Origin: an uncultured virus (IMG/VR IMGVR_UViG_2877933038_000001)
Lineage: Duplodnaviria > Heunggongvirae > Uroviricota > Caudoviricetes
Virus record (IMG/VR): IMGVR_UViG_2877933038_000001
Length of the DNA stretch: 64,000 nucleotides
Direction: 5' to 3' (one strand)
Shown here: piece by piece, positions 50,403 to 60,041 of the stretch
Position numbering within the stretch: position 1 is the first letter of the stretch
Layout of the letters: the number at the start of each line of letters is the position of its first letter
Position numbers and translations under genes: made by a program
Notes under the pieces: generated by a model
Told to the model about the DNA's origin: nothing
The model's input: the letters and a program-made list of their open reading frames with translations, nothing else
The model's database searches: none

Positions 50403-50723
50403 ATGGAGAACGCAATTGCACGAAAGTTAGACCCACCAGAAATCAACCCGATTGAGATAGAGAGCGTCCTGCTCAACCGGCTTGCATCAGTAGGGCAGAA
50501 ATCATACGCCGAGCATATGGGCATCAGCGAGTCGACAGTCAGCAGGCGTAAAGCTGAGGGATATTTCTGCAACATGGCGAAAGAGCTGGCTTTTCTTGGG
50601 ATTCAGGCCGCGCCACCGGAGGCGGTACTGGTATCCAGAAACTATCTCACAGCCGTAGAGATTCTCGCTGATGCCGGGCTAAAGGCTGAACGAGCCAGGC
50701 CGGATGCGCTGGGGTGGGACTGA
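50403..50723 (+). CDS. cII: CII-like activator
   Basis: Identical protein to 7220-7540. Confidence 0.8.
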   Translation: MENAIARKLDPPEINPIEIESVLLNRLASVGQKSYAEHMGISESTVSRRKAEGYFCNMAKELAFLGIQAAPPEAVLVSRNYLTAVEILADAGLKAERARPDALGWD

Positions 50724-50814
50724 AAATGGCAACAACCAAAAAGGCGAAAGCCGCGGTGAGGGGTCACCAACGGCTTTCTGGTGCAATTCATTGCGAATTC
50801 ATTGCGGGGAAATT

Positions 50815-50982
50815 ATGTCAGTAACCAGTATCGAGGTAAACATCCAGCCAACCCACAAATGCTCTTTTTGCGGAAAGACGAATATTGAAGTGGCTGGCGT
50901 TTCTATCTGCCAGAAATGCGTCTTTCAGTGCGTTGATATTGTCTTTAAATACGCAGAAAAGACGAACTCTCCAACGTATTAA
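50815..50982 (+). CDS. ClpX-type C4 zinc-finger protein
   Basis: CSFCGK...ICQKC. Confidence 0.65.
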   Translation: MSVTSIEVNIQPTHKCSFCGKTNIEVAGVSICQKCVFQCVDIVFKYAEKTNSPTY

Positions 50983-51017
50983 ATTCAGGGGTATCTATGC
51001 AAAGTTCACCATGTGGC

Positions 51018-51233
51018 TTAAGGCTTCTCTCCAGTAGCGCATTCGTATGCCTTAGTGAGGGCGTCGATCAGGCGAGGAACTTCCCCTACGTGCATCTCAA
51101 TTTCTCGGCAGATATTCAATTCTTCCGAATTAACACCAGGGCAGTGATTGATAGAAATTGTAAGCGAATTGTCATGCTCATCGTATCTGACAGAAATTTC
51201 AGGTCTGTGCGGTGTTGCTATGAATTTGTTCAT
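51018..51233 (-). CDS. Antisense-oriented 71-aa hypothetical protein
   Basis: GGAG RBS 6 nt before ATG; occupies gap before initiator gene. Confidence 0.55.
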   Translation of the reverse strand: MNKFIATPHRPEISVRYDEHDNSLTISINHCPGVNSEELNICREIEMHVGEVPRLIDALTKAYECATGEKP

Positions 51234-51260
51234 TTTAACTCCATGGTCTGTAGGTATTTT

Positions 51261-52058
51261 ATGGCTGCTTTACCTTACATGCAATTGTACATAGCTGATT
51301 ATCTGGCAGATACCATGCATCTGTCTACAGAGGAGCATGGGGCTTATTTGCTGTTGATGTTTAACTACTGGCAAACGGGGAGAGCTATTCCGAAAAGTCG
51401 TTTAGCAAAAATTGCACGACTTGATAACGAGCGTTGGATTTCCGTTGAAGAGTCGTTAAGTGAGTTTTTTATCGACAATGGTGAAGAATGGATACATGAA
51501 CGTATTGAACAGGATTTGGCATCTGTTCATGCGAAGCTGGAACAACGTTCTGCCGCAGGAAAGGCCTCAGTAGCAAAGAGAAAAGCCAATAAAACAATGA
51601 AAGTTGAACGAGAAAGCAACGTGTGTTCAACGCTCGTTGAAAGTTCGTTAGAGCGGAATGCTAACGGAAACTCAACTAATAAAGATAAGAATAAGAATAA
51701 AGATCTAAAAGAATTAAAAGATCCCCCTAAATCCCCCACGGGGGGAGATAGAAATAATTTTAATCCGCTTTCGATTGAATTACCGGAATGGCTATCCCCG
51801 ACTCTTTGGGCGGAGTGGGTGGGTTATCGCAAACAACTTGGTAAGCCAATTAAAACCCTGCAAGGGGCCAACGGCTCGATTAATAAACTCGCAGCATACA
51901 GGACGCAGGGGCATAGCCCTGAGTTCGTGGTGAAACTGACCATGGAAAATGAGTGGAGGGGGCTACTTGTTCCTGAGGGAACTGCGAGCAAAAAGCGTCG
52001 TGACGTAAACGAAATATCTCAACCTGATAATTCGATCCCTACCGGATTCAGGGGGTAA
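51261..52058 (+). CDS. Replication initiator (DUF1376/YdaU N-terminus)
   Basis: MAALPYMQLYIADYLADTMHLSTEEHGAY; C-terminus homologous to O of A. Confidence 0.85.
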   Translation: MAALPYMQLYIADYLADTMHLSTEEHGAYLLLMFNYWQTGRAIPKSRLAKIARLDNERWISVEESLSEFFIDNGEEWIHERIEQDLASVHAKLEQRSAAGKASVAKRKANKTMKVERESNVCSTLVESSLERNANGNSTNKDKNKNKDLKELKDPPKSPTGGDRNNFNPLSIELPEWLSPTLWAEWVGYRKQLGKPIKTLQGANGSINKLAAYRTQGHSPEFVVKLTMENEWRGLLVPEGTASKKRRDVNEISQPDNSIPTGFRG

Positions 52059-52060
52059 CG

Positions 52061-52810
52061 ATGAAAAACGTAATCGGTACTGGCAGTGCGCTTGATCGCC
52101 TGAAAAGAATTATCCCAGCCAGTGTGCAGCCGAAATTCTCGACTGCTGATGAGTGGCGGGCATGGCAGGAAGCCGAAGGGCGTAAACGCAGTGAAGAGCT
52201 TGACAGGATGAATCAGAAATCCCGCACCGAGAAGATTTTCGGGCGATCTGGCATTCAGGATCTCCATCGTAGCTGTACGTTTGCTAACTACGAAGTAAGC
52301 GGGGAGGGGCAGCGAAAAGCGTACACGATGGCAAAAAGTTATGCCCAGAACTTCGGTAGTGGATTTGCGAGCTTTGTGTTCAGCGGTGGTCCGGGAACCG
52401 GGAAAAACCATCTTGCGGCGGCAATCGGAAATCATCTGCTGGCCGGCGGTCATAGCGTTCTGGTGGTAACCATTCCTGACCTGATGCTCAGGGTTCGTGA
52501 GTGCTACGACGGTGGGCAATCAGAAGCGTCCCTGCTTGATGACCTTTGCAAAGTTGACCTGCTGGTACTGGATGAAGTCGGTATTCAGCGCGGGAGCAGT
52601 GGTGAGAAGGTCATTCTCAATCAGGTTATCGATCGCCGTCTCTCATCGATGCGACCTGTTGGCGTTCTGACGAATCTTAACCACGAGGGGCTGTTGGATT
52701 CACTGGGCGCGAGGGTTATCGATCGCCTCCAGATGGACGGAGGGATGTGGGTGAATTTTGACTGGGGAAGCTACCGGAAAAACGTTAGCCACCTCCGGAT
52801 TGTGAAATAA
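52061..52810 (+). CDS. DnaC-like helicase loader, copy 2
   Basis: Identical to 8611-9360. Confidence 0.9.
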   Translation: MKNVIGTGSALDRLKRIIPASVQPKFSTADEWRAWQEAEGRKRSEELDRMNQKSRTEKIFGRSGIQDLHRSCTFANYEVSGEGQRKAYTMAKSYAQNFGSGFASFVFSGGPGTGKNHLAAAIGNHLLAGGHSVLVVTIPDLMLRVRECYDGGQSEASLLDDLCKVDLLVLDEVGIQRGSSGEKVILNQVIDRRLSSMRPVGVLTNLNHEGLLDSLGARVIDRLQMDGGMWVNFDWGSYRKNVSHLRIVK

Positions 52811-52820
52811 GGGGTTAAAA

Positions 52821-53168
52821 ATGGCCCGACCTAAAACACACAGCGAACGGATGATTATTCTTGAGCGGATTATCGGTCTGGTGAAAGAGCAGGGGCGCAT
52901 CACGACGAACGACGTCGTTGCGATTTTTGGCGTGCACCGAACCACGGCGGAGAAATATCTGCGTATCGCGCTGGAGCGAGGCGGCTTCATTCGTCATGGC
53001 CGCTGCGGCATTTTCCGAGACCAGCGTGCGGTGATTGATTATGACCTCAGGCGATACAGCAGTAGTCAGGTAACGGGATTTTCAGCGCTGCCGGTGCTGG
53101 AGAAAAGCCCGGTAATGCAGGTTTATGGAGCATCCAAAATGAGCATCAACAAGGGGGGAGCCCAATGA
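52821..53168 (+). CDS. Winged-HTH protein, copy 2
   Basis: Near-identical to 9371-9718. Confidence 0.7.
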   Translation: MARPKTHSERMIILERIIGLVKEQGRITTNDVVAIFGVHRTTAEKYLRIALERGGFIRHGRCGIFRDQRAVIDYDLRRYSSSQVTGFSALPVLEKSPVMQVYGASKMSINKGGAQ

Positions 53169-53689
53169 GCAACATCGACAAACGGGCGCTTCGTGAAGTG
53201 GCTGAGAGGGCTACGCCGGGGAATTGGCGCCGCACCTCATCACTGTTCAATGGCATCACGGTAACGCCATTTTCTCTTTGCGGTGAAGAAGTGACGTTGG
53301 CCCATACTGTTGAGAAACGTGACGCGGAATTTATCGCCGCAGCCAACCCCGCCACCATGCTGGCGCTGCTGGATGAGCTGGAAACCAAAGAGGAACAGCG
53401 CGCCAATTGGTTTCGGATGGCGCAGAAGTTAGGCGAGGATTTGGATACAGCAGAACGCCTCATAGCCGAACTGGACCAACGCCTGATTGAATACGCGGGA
53501 ATTGCAACCCGTGAGGCTCGCCGGGTGGCAGAACTGGAGGCGCGGAAGGTCAACCTGTCAAAACTCAGCGTTGGAGAAGTCATGCACATGACCGGATTCA
53601 GCCGGGATTATGCCGAGGGTTGGTGTGCTGGTAATGATAATGCGATACACGAAATACGCACCGCTGGCATCAAGGTTAAGGAGTCGTGA
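53165..53689 (+). CDS. Ead/Ea22-like protein
   Basis: MSNIDKRALREVAERATPG..DAEFIAAANPATMLALLDE. Confidence 0.75.
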   Translation: MSNIDKRALREVAERATPGNWRRTSSLFNGITVTPFSLCGEEVTLAHTVEKRDAEFIAAANPATMLALLDELETKEEQRANWFRMAQKLGEDLDTAERLIAELDQRLIEYAGIATREARRVAELEARKVNLSKLSVGEVMHMTGFSRDYAEGWCAGNDNAIHEIRTAGIKVKES

Positions 53690-54162
53690 TGGAATCGCAA
53701 TCTATTCTGGATATGTGCTGCGGCTCGCGCATGTTTTGGTTTAATAAGCGCGATGAACGCGCCGTATTCGCCGATATCCGCGCCGAGGAGCATATATTGT
53801 GCGACGGTCGCCGCCTAGTCATCAGTCCTGACCTCATTGCTGATTTTCGTGCGCTACCGTTCGCTGATGCGTCGTTTCCGGTCGTGGTGTTTGATCCGCC
53901 TCACCTGGAACGTGTCGGCCAAACGGCCTGGATGGGCAAAAAGTACGGGAGACTCAACAAAAAAACATGGCGTTCTGACCTCCGCGCCGGATTCAAAGAG
54001 GCGTTTCGGGTGCTGAGGGCACACGGCGTTCTCATTTTCAAATGGAACGAAACGCAGATTCCGGTTAGCCAGATTTTGGCGCTTACTGACGTGAAACCAA
54101 TTATTGGCCAGCGCACCGGCAAGAACGATAAAACCCACTGGATTATTTTTGTGAAGGACTAA
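53686..54162 (+). CDS. Small SAM-dependent methyltransferase
   Basis: ILDMCCGSRMFW motif I, VVFDPPH motif IV. Confidence 0.8.
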   Translation: MMESQSILDMCCGSRMFWFNKRDERAVFADIRAEEHILCDGRRLVISPDLIADFRALPFADASFPVVVFDPPHLERVGQTAWMGKKYGRLNKKTWRSDLRAGFKEAFRVLRAHGVLIFKWNETQIPVSQILALTDVKPIIGQRTGKNDKTHWIIFVKD

Positions 54163-54165
54163 CCC

Positions 54166-54738
54166 ATGACCACTATTACCAAAGAATGGCTACAGCAAAC
54201 CATCGCTGAATTTGAAAACACTCGCGATGATATTCCGTTTGGCCTGAGCGATGACGACGCCAAAATTCTTATTGTGCTGAAGCGTGCGCTGGCATCGCTG
54301 GAACGAGAACAAGTTCGCCATGAACATGCTGACTGGTCTGATGCCACATTCGGCGATGTTGGCCCCATCGGTCCACTGAAGCACCTCTCAAAAGAAGCAT
54401 TGGAAACTGCCGCAGAACTTGGCGACCTGAGCGAATGGGCTGATATGCAATTCCTGTTATGGGATGCACAACGCCGCGCTGGTATTACTGACGAGCAGAT
54501 TGCCCTGGCGATGGTGGAAAAGCTGGCGGTGAACAAGAAGCGCGAATGGCCTGAACCGAAAGACGGCGAGCCACGACTGCATATCAAAGAGCAGCCAGTG
54601 CCGGTAGTGCCGGAAGAATGTCCGGAAGAAATACGCGACCTGATGGCTTCACATTCTGATGCGCTTTTCAACGACGACGATGCGCAAGAAATCTGGAACG
54701 CTTGTCGCGCTGCCATGCTCAACGGAGGTAAATCGTGA
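54166..54738 (+). CDS. Eaa-like protein with DUF550/MazG-like dNTP pyrophosphohydrolase domain
   Basis: WSDATFG..GPLKHLSKEALE..EWADMQFLLWD..KLAVNKKREWP. Confidence 0.75.
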   Translation: MTTITKEWLQQTIAEFENTRDDIPFGLSDDDAKILIVLKRALASLEREQVRHEHADWSDATFGDVGPIGPLKHLSKEALETAAELGDLSEWADMQFLLWDAQRRAGITDEQIALAMVEKLAVNKKREWPEPKDGEPRLHIKEQPVPVVPEECPEEIRDLMASHSDALFNDDDAQEIWNACRAAMLNGGKS

Positions 54739-54831
54739 AACACCTATATGCCGGTCCTGTGATCGGCATTAGTGCAAAATCAAAAAATACGAATCAGTGA
54801 TTTGTAATCAACATTTCTTAGGTTTGTAGAT

Positions 54832-55098
54832 ATGCGAATAATAACCAGGAAGAAACCTGCGTTCACTGACCTGTACCAGACTGGTGTTCTGACGCGTATA
54901 GCAGCCGTTAAGACTGACAGTGGCGGCTGGCGCCTGTTTGGAGTGTGGCGTGATCAGGATATCGCTGTATTTGTGGAAGCGGCGCGCGGCGGCATCCGGG
55001 AATGGTCCGGTTTAAATTATCTGGCTGAGTTTGTGTTCAGTTGCGGCATTAGTCTCTGGGAGGTTCACAACAAGACGGATCGGAAAACTCCGGCATGA
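54832..55098 (+). CDS. Conserved 88-aa hypothetical, copy 2
   Basis: Identical to 11413-11679. Confidence 0.65.
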   Translation: MRIITRKKPAFTDLYQTGVLTRIAAVKTDSGGWRLFGVWRDQDIAVFVEAARGGIREWSGLNYLAEFVFSCGISLWEVHNKTDRKTPA

Positions 55099-55583
55099 AG
55101 TGTTGCGTCATAACCCGCTGCGGCGGGTTAGCCCAACAAGCCTCGCATATGCGGGGCTTGATGTTGAAGCAGGGCGGGATTGGGTCGATTAAAATCTGAG
55201 CGCTACATTCAGAGGGGGCGAAATACTACAGCAATGTTGGGCGTTGTGCATTCCAACCAGGATATGATTTTTGTGCAAAAAGTGCTATTTATTGGCTTTG
55301 TGTCCACTTTAATCGACTCACAGGACCAGCCTATCTCCTGAGATCGTGACAATAGTTTACTATTACCTGAGGGGTAACTTCTGCGAAAATGTCGTTAACT
55401 TGCAAAGTGGCCATTGAGATTTTCGTCGAACATGCTTCTATCTTCAGACGCAGGCCCATTGCTCAAATATGACGAATGGTATTAAATTGTCCTCAACCAC
55501 TTAAAGTGATCATAAATTCTTTGGATGTGTTTACATCCTACAATTTGAGAAAGCACTGCCAAACGTGCATGAGGGTGATAATC

Positions 55584-55763
55584 ATGGGTCACGCATTAAA
55601 AAAGGCAGATCGCTTGTACATTCCGCCTCGTGACAAATCCATGGTGGCGAAACCTCGTGCAGCGATCAGCAAAGCATGTTCACATACTGGTCAAGTTAAA
55701 AACGCCTTTGAGTTTGGGTTTGCTCGTTACGAGAAGGCGATGGAAGAACTTTCAAAGGTCTGA
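55584..55763 (+). CDS. Putative antitoxin for Doc
   Basis: 59 aa upstream of doc; C-terminal helix RYEKAMEELSK. Confidence 0.6.
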   Translation: MGHALKKADRLYIPPRDKSMVAKPRAAISKACSHTGQVKNAFEFGFARYEKAMEELSKV

Positions 55764-55773
55764 GTAAAAACGG

Positions 55774-56271
55774 ATGGCGATAGAGTATGTTGAAGGAGTC
55801 AATTATCTTTCCATTGAAGATATCGTTTACATCAACAGGTCTCTGATCGAGATTCAGACGCCAAATGAACCGATAGGCGTACTGAATCCGAACAACCTCA
55901 GTTCTTCCCAGTCCCGGCCAAGCACCATTCGATATTATGAGCAGACAGACGATATGTTTCGTCTGTCTGCTGTTCTAATTGAAAGCCTAATCCAGAATCA
56001 TCCATTCGCAAACGCAAACAAACGCACCGCTATGATGGCAGGTTACGTATTCCTGTTGCTGAACGGATATGAGCTTACAGCACCTAGTGATGAAGTTGTA
56101 ACCATCGCAGAGGGTTTGGCTCGTAAAGATTACGCAGTGGATGACCTGGAAAATTGGTTATGCCACTGGTCACGCGAGTATGATTCCAGAACGTTATGCG
56201 AAACTGGCGGTAATATGATTCAGGCTCTCGTGGCGACCTCACGTTACATCCGAATCAAATCGAATGAATAA
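55774..56271 (+). CDS. doc: Doc/Fic-family toxin
   Basis: HPFANANKRTA Doc-type Fic motif. Confidence 0.85.
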   Translation: MAIEYVEGVNYLSIEDIVYINRSLIEIQTPNEPIGVLNPNNLSSSQSRPSTIRYYEQTDDMFRLSAVLIESLIQNHPFANANKRTAMMAGYVFLLLNGYELTAPSDEVVTIAEGLARKDYAVDDLENWLCHWSREYDSRTLCETGGNMIQALVATSRYIRIKSNE

Positions 56272-56416
56272 CCCGCTACGGCGGGTTTTTTTTCGCTTTC
56301 AGCCTTTGCCTAACTGATTTAGTAAATTCCGAATACTAGGAAAAACTCTTCCTATACAATGGCATGGCTTTTGCAAAAAGTGCTATTCACCTCTTGAATA
56401 TTCTTTCTAACAGGTA

Positions 56417-56436
56417 TACTGTGTTTATATACAGTA
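56417..56436. promoter_or_regulatory. LexA box
   Basis: TACTGTGTTTATATACAGTA. Confidence 0.9.
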
Positions 56437-56455
56437 GTTAAATGTAGAGGGAATT

Positions 56456-56695
56456 ATGAGAATTGAACTTGTTATCAGCCGGACAAAACAGCTTCCGGAA
56501 GGTGCCGTGCCTGCACTTGAAAAAGAATTAATTACCCGTCTCCAGAATCAGTATGAAAACTGCAACTTAACCATCCGTCGAGGCAGTCAGGATGGTCTGA
56601 GTATCGTCGGTGCTGCTGATGGCGATAAAAAACGTATACAGAGCATTCTGCAGGAAACGTGGGAAAGCGCTGACGACTGGTTTTATGCATATTAA
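56456..56695 (+). CDS. dinI: DinI-family protein
   Basis: LQETWESADDWF. Confidence 0.9.
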   Translation: MRIELVISRTKQLPEGAVPALEKELITRLQNQYENCNLTIRRGSQDGLSIVGAADGDKKRIQSILQETWESADDWFYAY

Positions 56696-56750
56696 GCATC
56701 GTGGAGTCGCAGACGTTTCCAGAAATAAAGTCAGTGTGACGGGGGGTTAC

Positions 56751-56990
56751 ATGTTAGAAGACTTACCAGAATCAGGGTATGCGGTTATACGTTGTTACGA
56801 TCATTGTGTAGTGGCAAGGTTCGGTAGTATTCCGGATAGCGGACGCGCCCTGATGTATCGTCGTGGTGACGAGATATCTTTTGTTCCCCTTCACCCTGAT
56901 GACATAGTTGGAACTCCAACATTATTTACGCAAATGTTAGAAAAGGCAGGCTATCGAATTACCCGTTGCTTTGATACACTTCAAATGTAG
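56751..56990 (+). CDS. Probable antirepressor (Gifsy-1 GfoA-like)
   Basis: Second gene of LexA-dinI operon; GYAVIRC..ALMYRRGD..GTPTLFTQML. Confidence 0.6.
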   Translation: MLEDLPESGYAVIRCYDHCVVARFGSIPDSGRALMYRRGDEISFVPLHPDDIVGTPTLFTQMLEKAGYRITRCFDTLQM

Positions 56991-57029
56991 GCCTGAACAA
57001 CCTGCACCTGCTGCGCCACGGAGAACGCC

Positions 57030-57632
57030 ATGGCGCACGAATTACAACTCATCAAGCAGTCATCTGGAATTCTGATCCCCGCAACGCCGGAGACCAGTGA
57101 TATTCTGCAATCAAAAATCAAACTCGGCGCCGTGCTGGTGGCTGAGTTCCGTCAGGTGAGGAATCCTGCATTCCATCGCCGCTTTTTCGCGTTGCTTAAT
57201 CTTGGGTTTGAATACTGGGAACCCACCGGCGGCGCCATTTCTGCCAATGAGCGCAAACTGGTAAACGGTTATGCAAAGTTTCTCGCTGCATATGGCGGGA
57301 ATGAAAGCGCATTACTGGATGCGGCTGAACAGTATCTGGAACAGATTGCAAACCGCCGGGTAACAAACGGAATTAGCCTCTGTAAATCTTTCGATGCATA
57401 CCGCGCATGGGTGACGGTTGAGGCTGGTCACTATGACGCCATCCAGTTACCGGACGGCACCCTTCGCAAACATCCCCGCAGCATCGCTTTTTCCAGCATG
57501 GATGAGGTCGAATTTCAGCAGTTGTATAAATCCGCGCTTGATGTGCTCTGGCGGTGGATTTTATCACGTACATTTCGTACTCAGCGCGAGGCGGAGAACG
57601 CCGCCGCCCAGCTCATGAGCTTTGCGGGGTGA
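57030..57632 (+). CDS. DUF1367-family protein, copy 2
   Basis: Near-identical to 12468-13070. Confidence 0.8.
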   Translation: MAHELQLIKQSSGILIPATPETSDILQSKIKLGAVLVAEFRQVRNPAFHRRFFALLNLGFEYWEPTGGAISANERKLVNGYAKFLAAYGGNESALLDAAEQYLEQIANRRVTNGISLCKSFDAYRAWVTVEAGHYDAIQLPDGTLRKHPRSIAFSSMDEVEFQQLYKSALDVLWRWILSRTFRTQREAENAAAQLMSFAG

Positions 57633-57637
57633 TGGCG

Positions 57638-57838
57638 ATGAAATACTCCTGGTTCCATCATCACGACTGCACAACCGAGCAGGCCGACACGCTGATATCG
57701 GATTATCAGAAGCGGGGCGTAAGGACAGAAAAGAGCCTGAACCCTGACTTCATTACCTGGACTGTCAGCGCGAAATTACCAGAATATGCACACCGGGTGC
57801 GGACGCCAAAATCCTTACGCCAAAAGGTCTGGGGGTGA
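57638..57838 (+). CDS. Hypothetical nin-region protein, copy 2
   Basis: Near-identical to 13076-13276. Confidence 0.65.
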   Translation: MKYSWFHHHDCTTEQADTLISDYQKRGVRTEKSLNPDFITWTVSAKLPEYAHRVRTPKSLRQKVWG

Positions 57839-57840
57839 AC

Positions 57841-58452
57841 ATGGCTAAATTACCGCGCCGTAAGTGCGCAAACAAAGAATGCCGCCAGTGGTTTCACCCG
57901 ATACGAGAGGGGCAGATCGTTTGCTCGTACCAGTGCGCCAGCACCGTCGGCAAAGAACAGACCAGAAAAGCTCGCGAAGCCGCGCAACGTAAGGCGCAAT
58001 CCCTTCAGCGCGCCGCTGAGAAAAAAGAACGCGCCGCCTGGCGCCAGCGGAAAGCCGCGGTTAAGCCGCTGAAACACTGGATTGACTTGACGCAGCGCGC
58101 CGTAAATGACATTTGCCGCGAAACCGAACTGGCAGAAGGACTCGGTTGCATCTCCTGTGGAACGAAGACGGCATTCGCATGGCATGCAGGCCATTACAGG
58201 AGTACGGCCGCCGCCGGGCATCTGCGCTTCACTCGCTTCAACATCCATCTTCAGTGTGATGTCTGCAACGTCTACAAATCAGGGAACATCGAAGCATATC
58301 GTGCCGCGCTGGTTGAGCGTTACGGTGAGGCGGCGGTGCTGGCACTCGAGAACAATAACACCCCGCACCGCTGGACGGTCGAGGAGCTGAAGGAAATCAG
58401 GCTCGCGGCACTGTCGGATCTGCGTGCGCTAAAAAAGCTGGAGGCCGCATGA
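57841..58452 (+). CDS. ninG: NinG, copy 2
   Basis: Near-identical to copy A. Confidence 0.9.
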   Translation: MAKLPRRKCANKECRQWFHPIREGQIVCSYQCASTVGKEQTRKAREAAQRKAQSLQRAAEKKERAAWRQRKAAVKPLKHWIDLTQRAVNDICRETELAEGLGCISCGTKTAFAWHAGHYRSTAAAGHLRFTRFNIHLQCDVCNVYKSGNIEAYRAALVERYGEAAVLALENNNTPHRWTVEELKEIRLAALSDLRALKKLEAA

Positions 58453-58595
58453 AACCAGAACTGATCGAGATACTCCGCATGCGCTGGTTGCGTCTCCGAA
58501 TTTATCGATACCGGGGATCTTTTCCTGTGGCATACCGCATTCTTCGTAATTACGTCCGCATTGAAGCAAAACGGGAGCATCGAAATGAATCTTGA
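58449..58595 (+). CDS. YlcG-like small protein, copy 2
   Basis: Within identical repeat. Confidence 0.6.
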   Translation: MKPELIEILRMRWLRLRIYRYRGSFPVAYRILRNYVRIEAKREHRNES

Positions 58596-59382
58596 GTCCT
58601 TACCGAAATATTTTTCACCTAAATCCATGATGCCCGGCGCAGTACCATGCGGAATAACGTCTGATACGCTGACTATTACTGACGTAATGGCATCTCTCGG
58701 GCTACTTACTGCAAAAGCCGCAGTGGGTATTGAATTGTATCTGGCAAAAGCCGGGGTTTTATCTTCTGAAAATATCATCGCCTACATCAGGCAATTAGCA
58801 GAGCAGCGTGCAGAACGGCATGGGGCATTACGGAAAATGGAAAAGGGTAAGCGCTCAAAATTTCTCGACACTATGGCGCGTTATGTATTTCGCGATTATT
58901 CCCTCAGTGCGGCCAGCTTGGTGACGTGCAGTAGCTGTCATGGTGCTAAATTAATTGATGCTGAGGTTTTCACGAACAAGGTTACTTACCCGGATGGTAA
59001 GCCACCAAAATGGGTAAAAGATACGAAAGGTATTTCTCCGTCCGACTGGGAGGTGTGGAAATCAGTTCGTGAGCAGGTGCGCGTAGTGTGTAAGGCGTGT
59101 GATGGCAAAGGCCAGGTGAAAAATGAATGTCGTTGCCGGGGACGCGGAGAAATTCTCGATAAGAAAAAATCTGAGTTGCAGGGCGTGCCGGTTTATAAAA
59201 AATGCCCAAGATGCAAGGGAAGAGGCTACCCACGTCTCAAAGATACCGAGATTTTTAAAGCACTAGGAGTAACGGAAATGGTATGGCGGTACAACTATAA
59301 ACTGTTTTTCGATCGACTGGTGGAGCATTGCCATATTGAGGAGTCGTATGCAGAAAAGGTTCTGGGAAACGTGACTCGATGA
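58585..59382 (+). CDS. Q: Antiterminator Q, copy 2
   Basis: Identical to 14023-14820. Confidence 0.9.
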   Translation: MNLESLPKYFSPKSMMPGAVPCGITSDTLTITDVMASLGLLTAKAAVGIELYLAKAGVLSSENIIAYIRQLAEQRAERHGALRKMEKGKRSKFLDTMARYVFRDYSLSAASLVTCSSCHGAKLIDAEVFTNKVTYPDGKPPKWVKDTKGISPSDWEVWKSVREQVRVVCKACDGKGQVKNECRCRGRGEILDKKKSELQGVPVYKKCPRCKGRGYPRLKDTEIFKALGVTEMVWRYNYKLFFDRLVEHCHIEESYAEKVLGNVTR

Positions 59383-59780
59383 CCAAAATAATTTAGCTAT
59401 TGCAAAATTAACGGAAAATGGCTAACCTGATTCCAACGATGGGTTATTACGCCTGTGACGTTACAAGAATTAAGAACCTCGCCTCGGCGGGGTTTTCTTT
59501 TATGGATTCCCGACGCCAATAAGACAAAGTGCGGGGAGTGATGCGGAGTCTACATGTTCCAGCCGACCGCAAAGCTCACACGGGCAGGACCACAATCTGA
59601 TACCGCGATAGCTTTTGCTGATCGCGCCGGAGCGGTAACCGGCAACAATTTAAGCCTCGGTGATTGCCGGGGCTTTTCTGTTTGTGCCGTCCGGAATAAT
59701 CCCTCTGAGCTTTGTCGTTGATCCACCGGGCGGCCTTCCTACTTCACACTGCGCCATCCGAGCTATCGGAGGTGAGGCTT

Positions 59781-59806
59781 ATGAAAATGCACAACGATCC
59801 CCATTC
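59781..59806 (+). pseudogene. Truncated lambda-type holin start (MKMHNDPHS)
   Basis: Homology to 15219 holin stops abruptly at 59806. Confidence 0.7.
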
Positions 59807-59810
59807 AATG

Positions 59811-59987
59811 GACTCACAATCTATTTTTGCTGGCTCACAATTACTGCCAATGGAAAAAACTTCTCATTTGGCTCTGAGCGTCGGATTTCGCTCTCACTTA
59901 GCGTGAGTCCACGTCCGATTTCAGTTGCAGTTATTGTGAGCCAAAATTTGCGCTGATTGCGAGTCTGACTTTTTTCGATTGTGAGTC
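59811..59987. repeat. Array of ATTGYGAGYC motifs, two inverted and three direct
   Basis: Copies at 59811, 59832 (reverse) and 59933, 59956, 59978. Confidence 0.7.
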
Positions 59988-60041
59988 GTTACAGATAGCC
60001 GCCGGGCCAGACACCACAACGGTACCAGGTGGCGTTATGTG

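Larger units (their letters stand above)
58415..59806 (+). repeat. Direct repeat copy 2 (Q-pR'-holin start)
   Basis: Matches 13853-15244. Confidence 0.9.

Noticed and set aside
50997..51260. N-terminal 88-aa extension of initiator B as the true start
   Set aside because: The family N-terminus begins at MAALPY (51261); the extension is unsupported.
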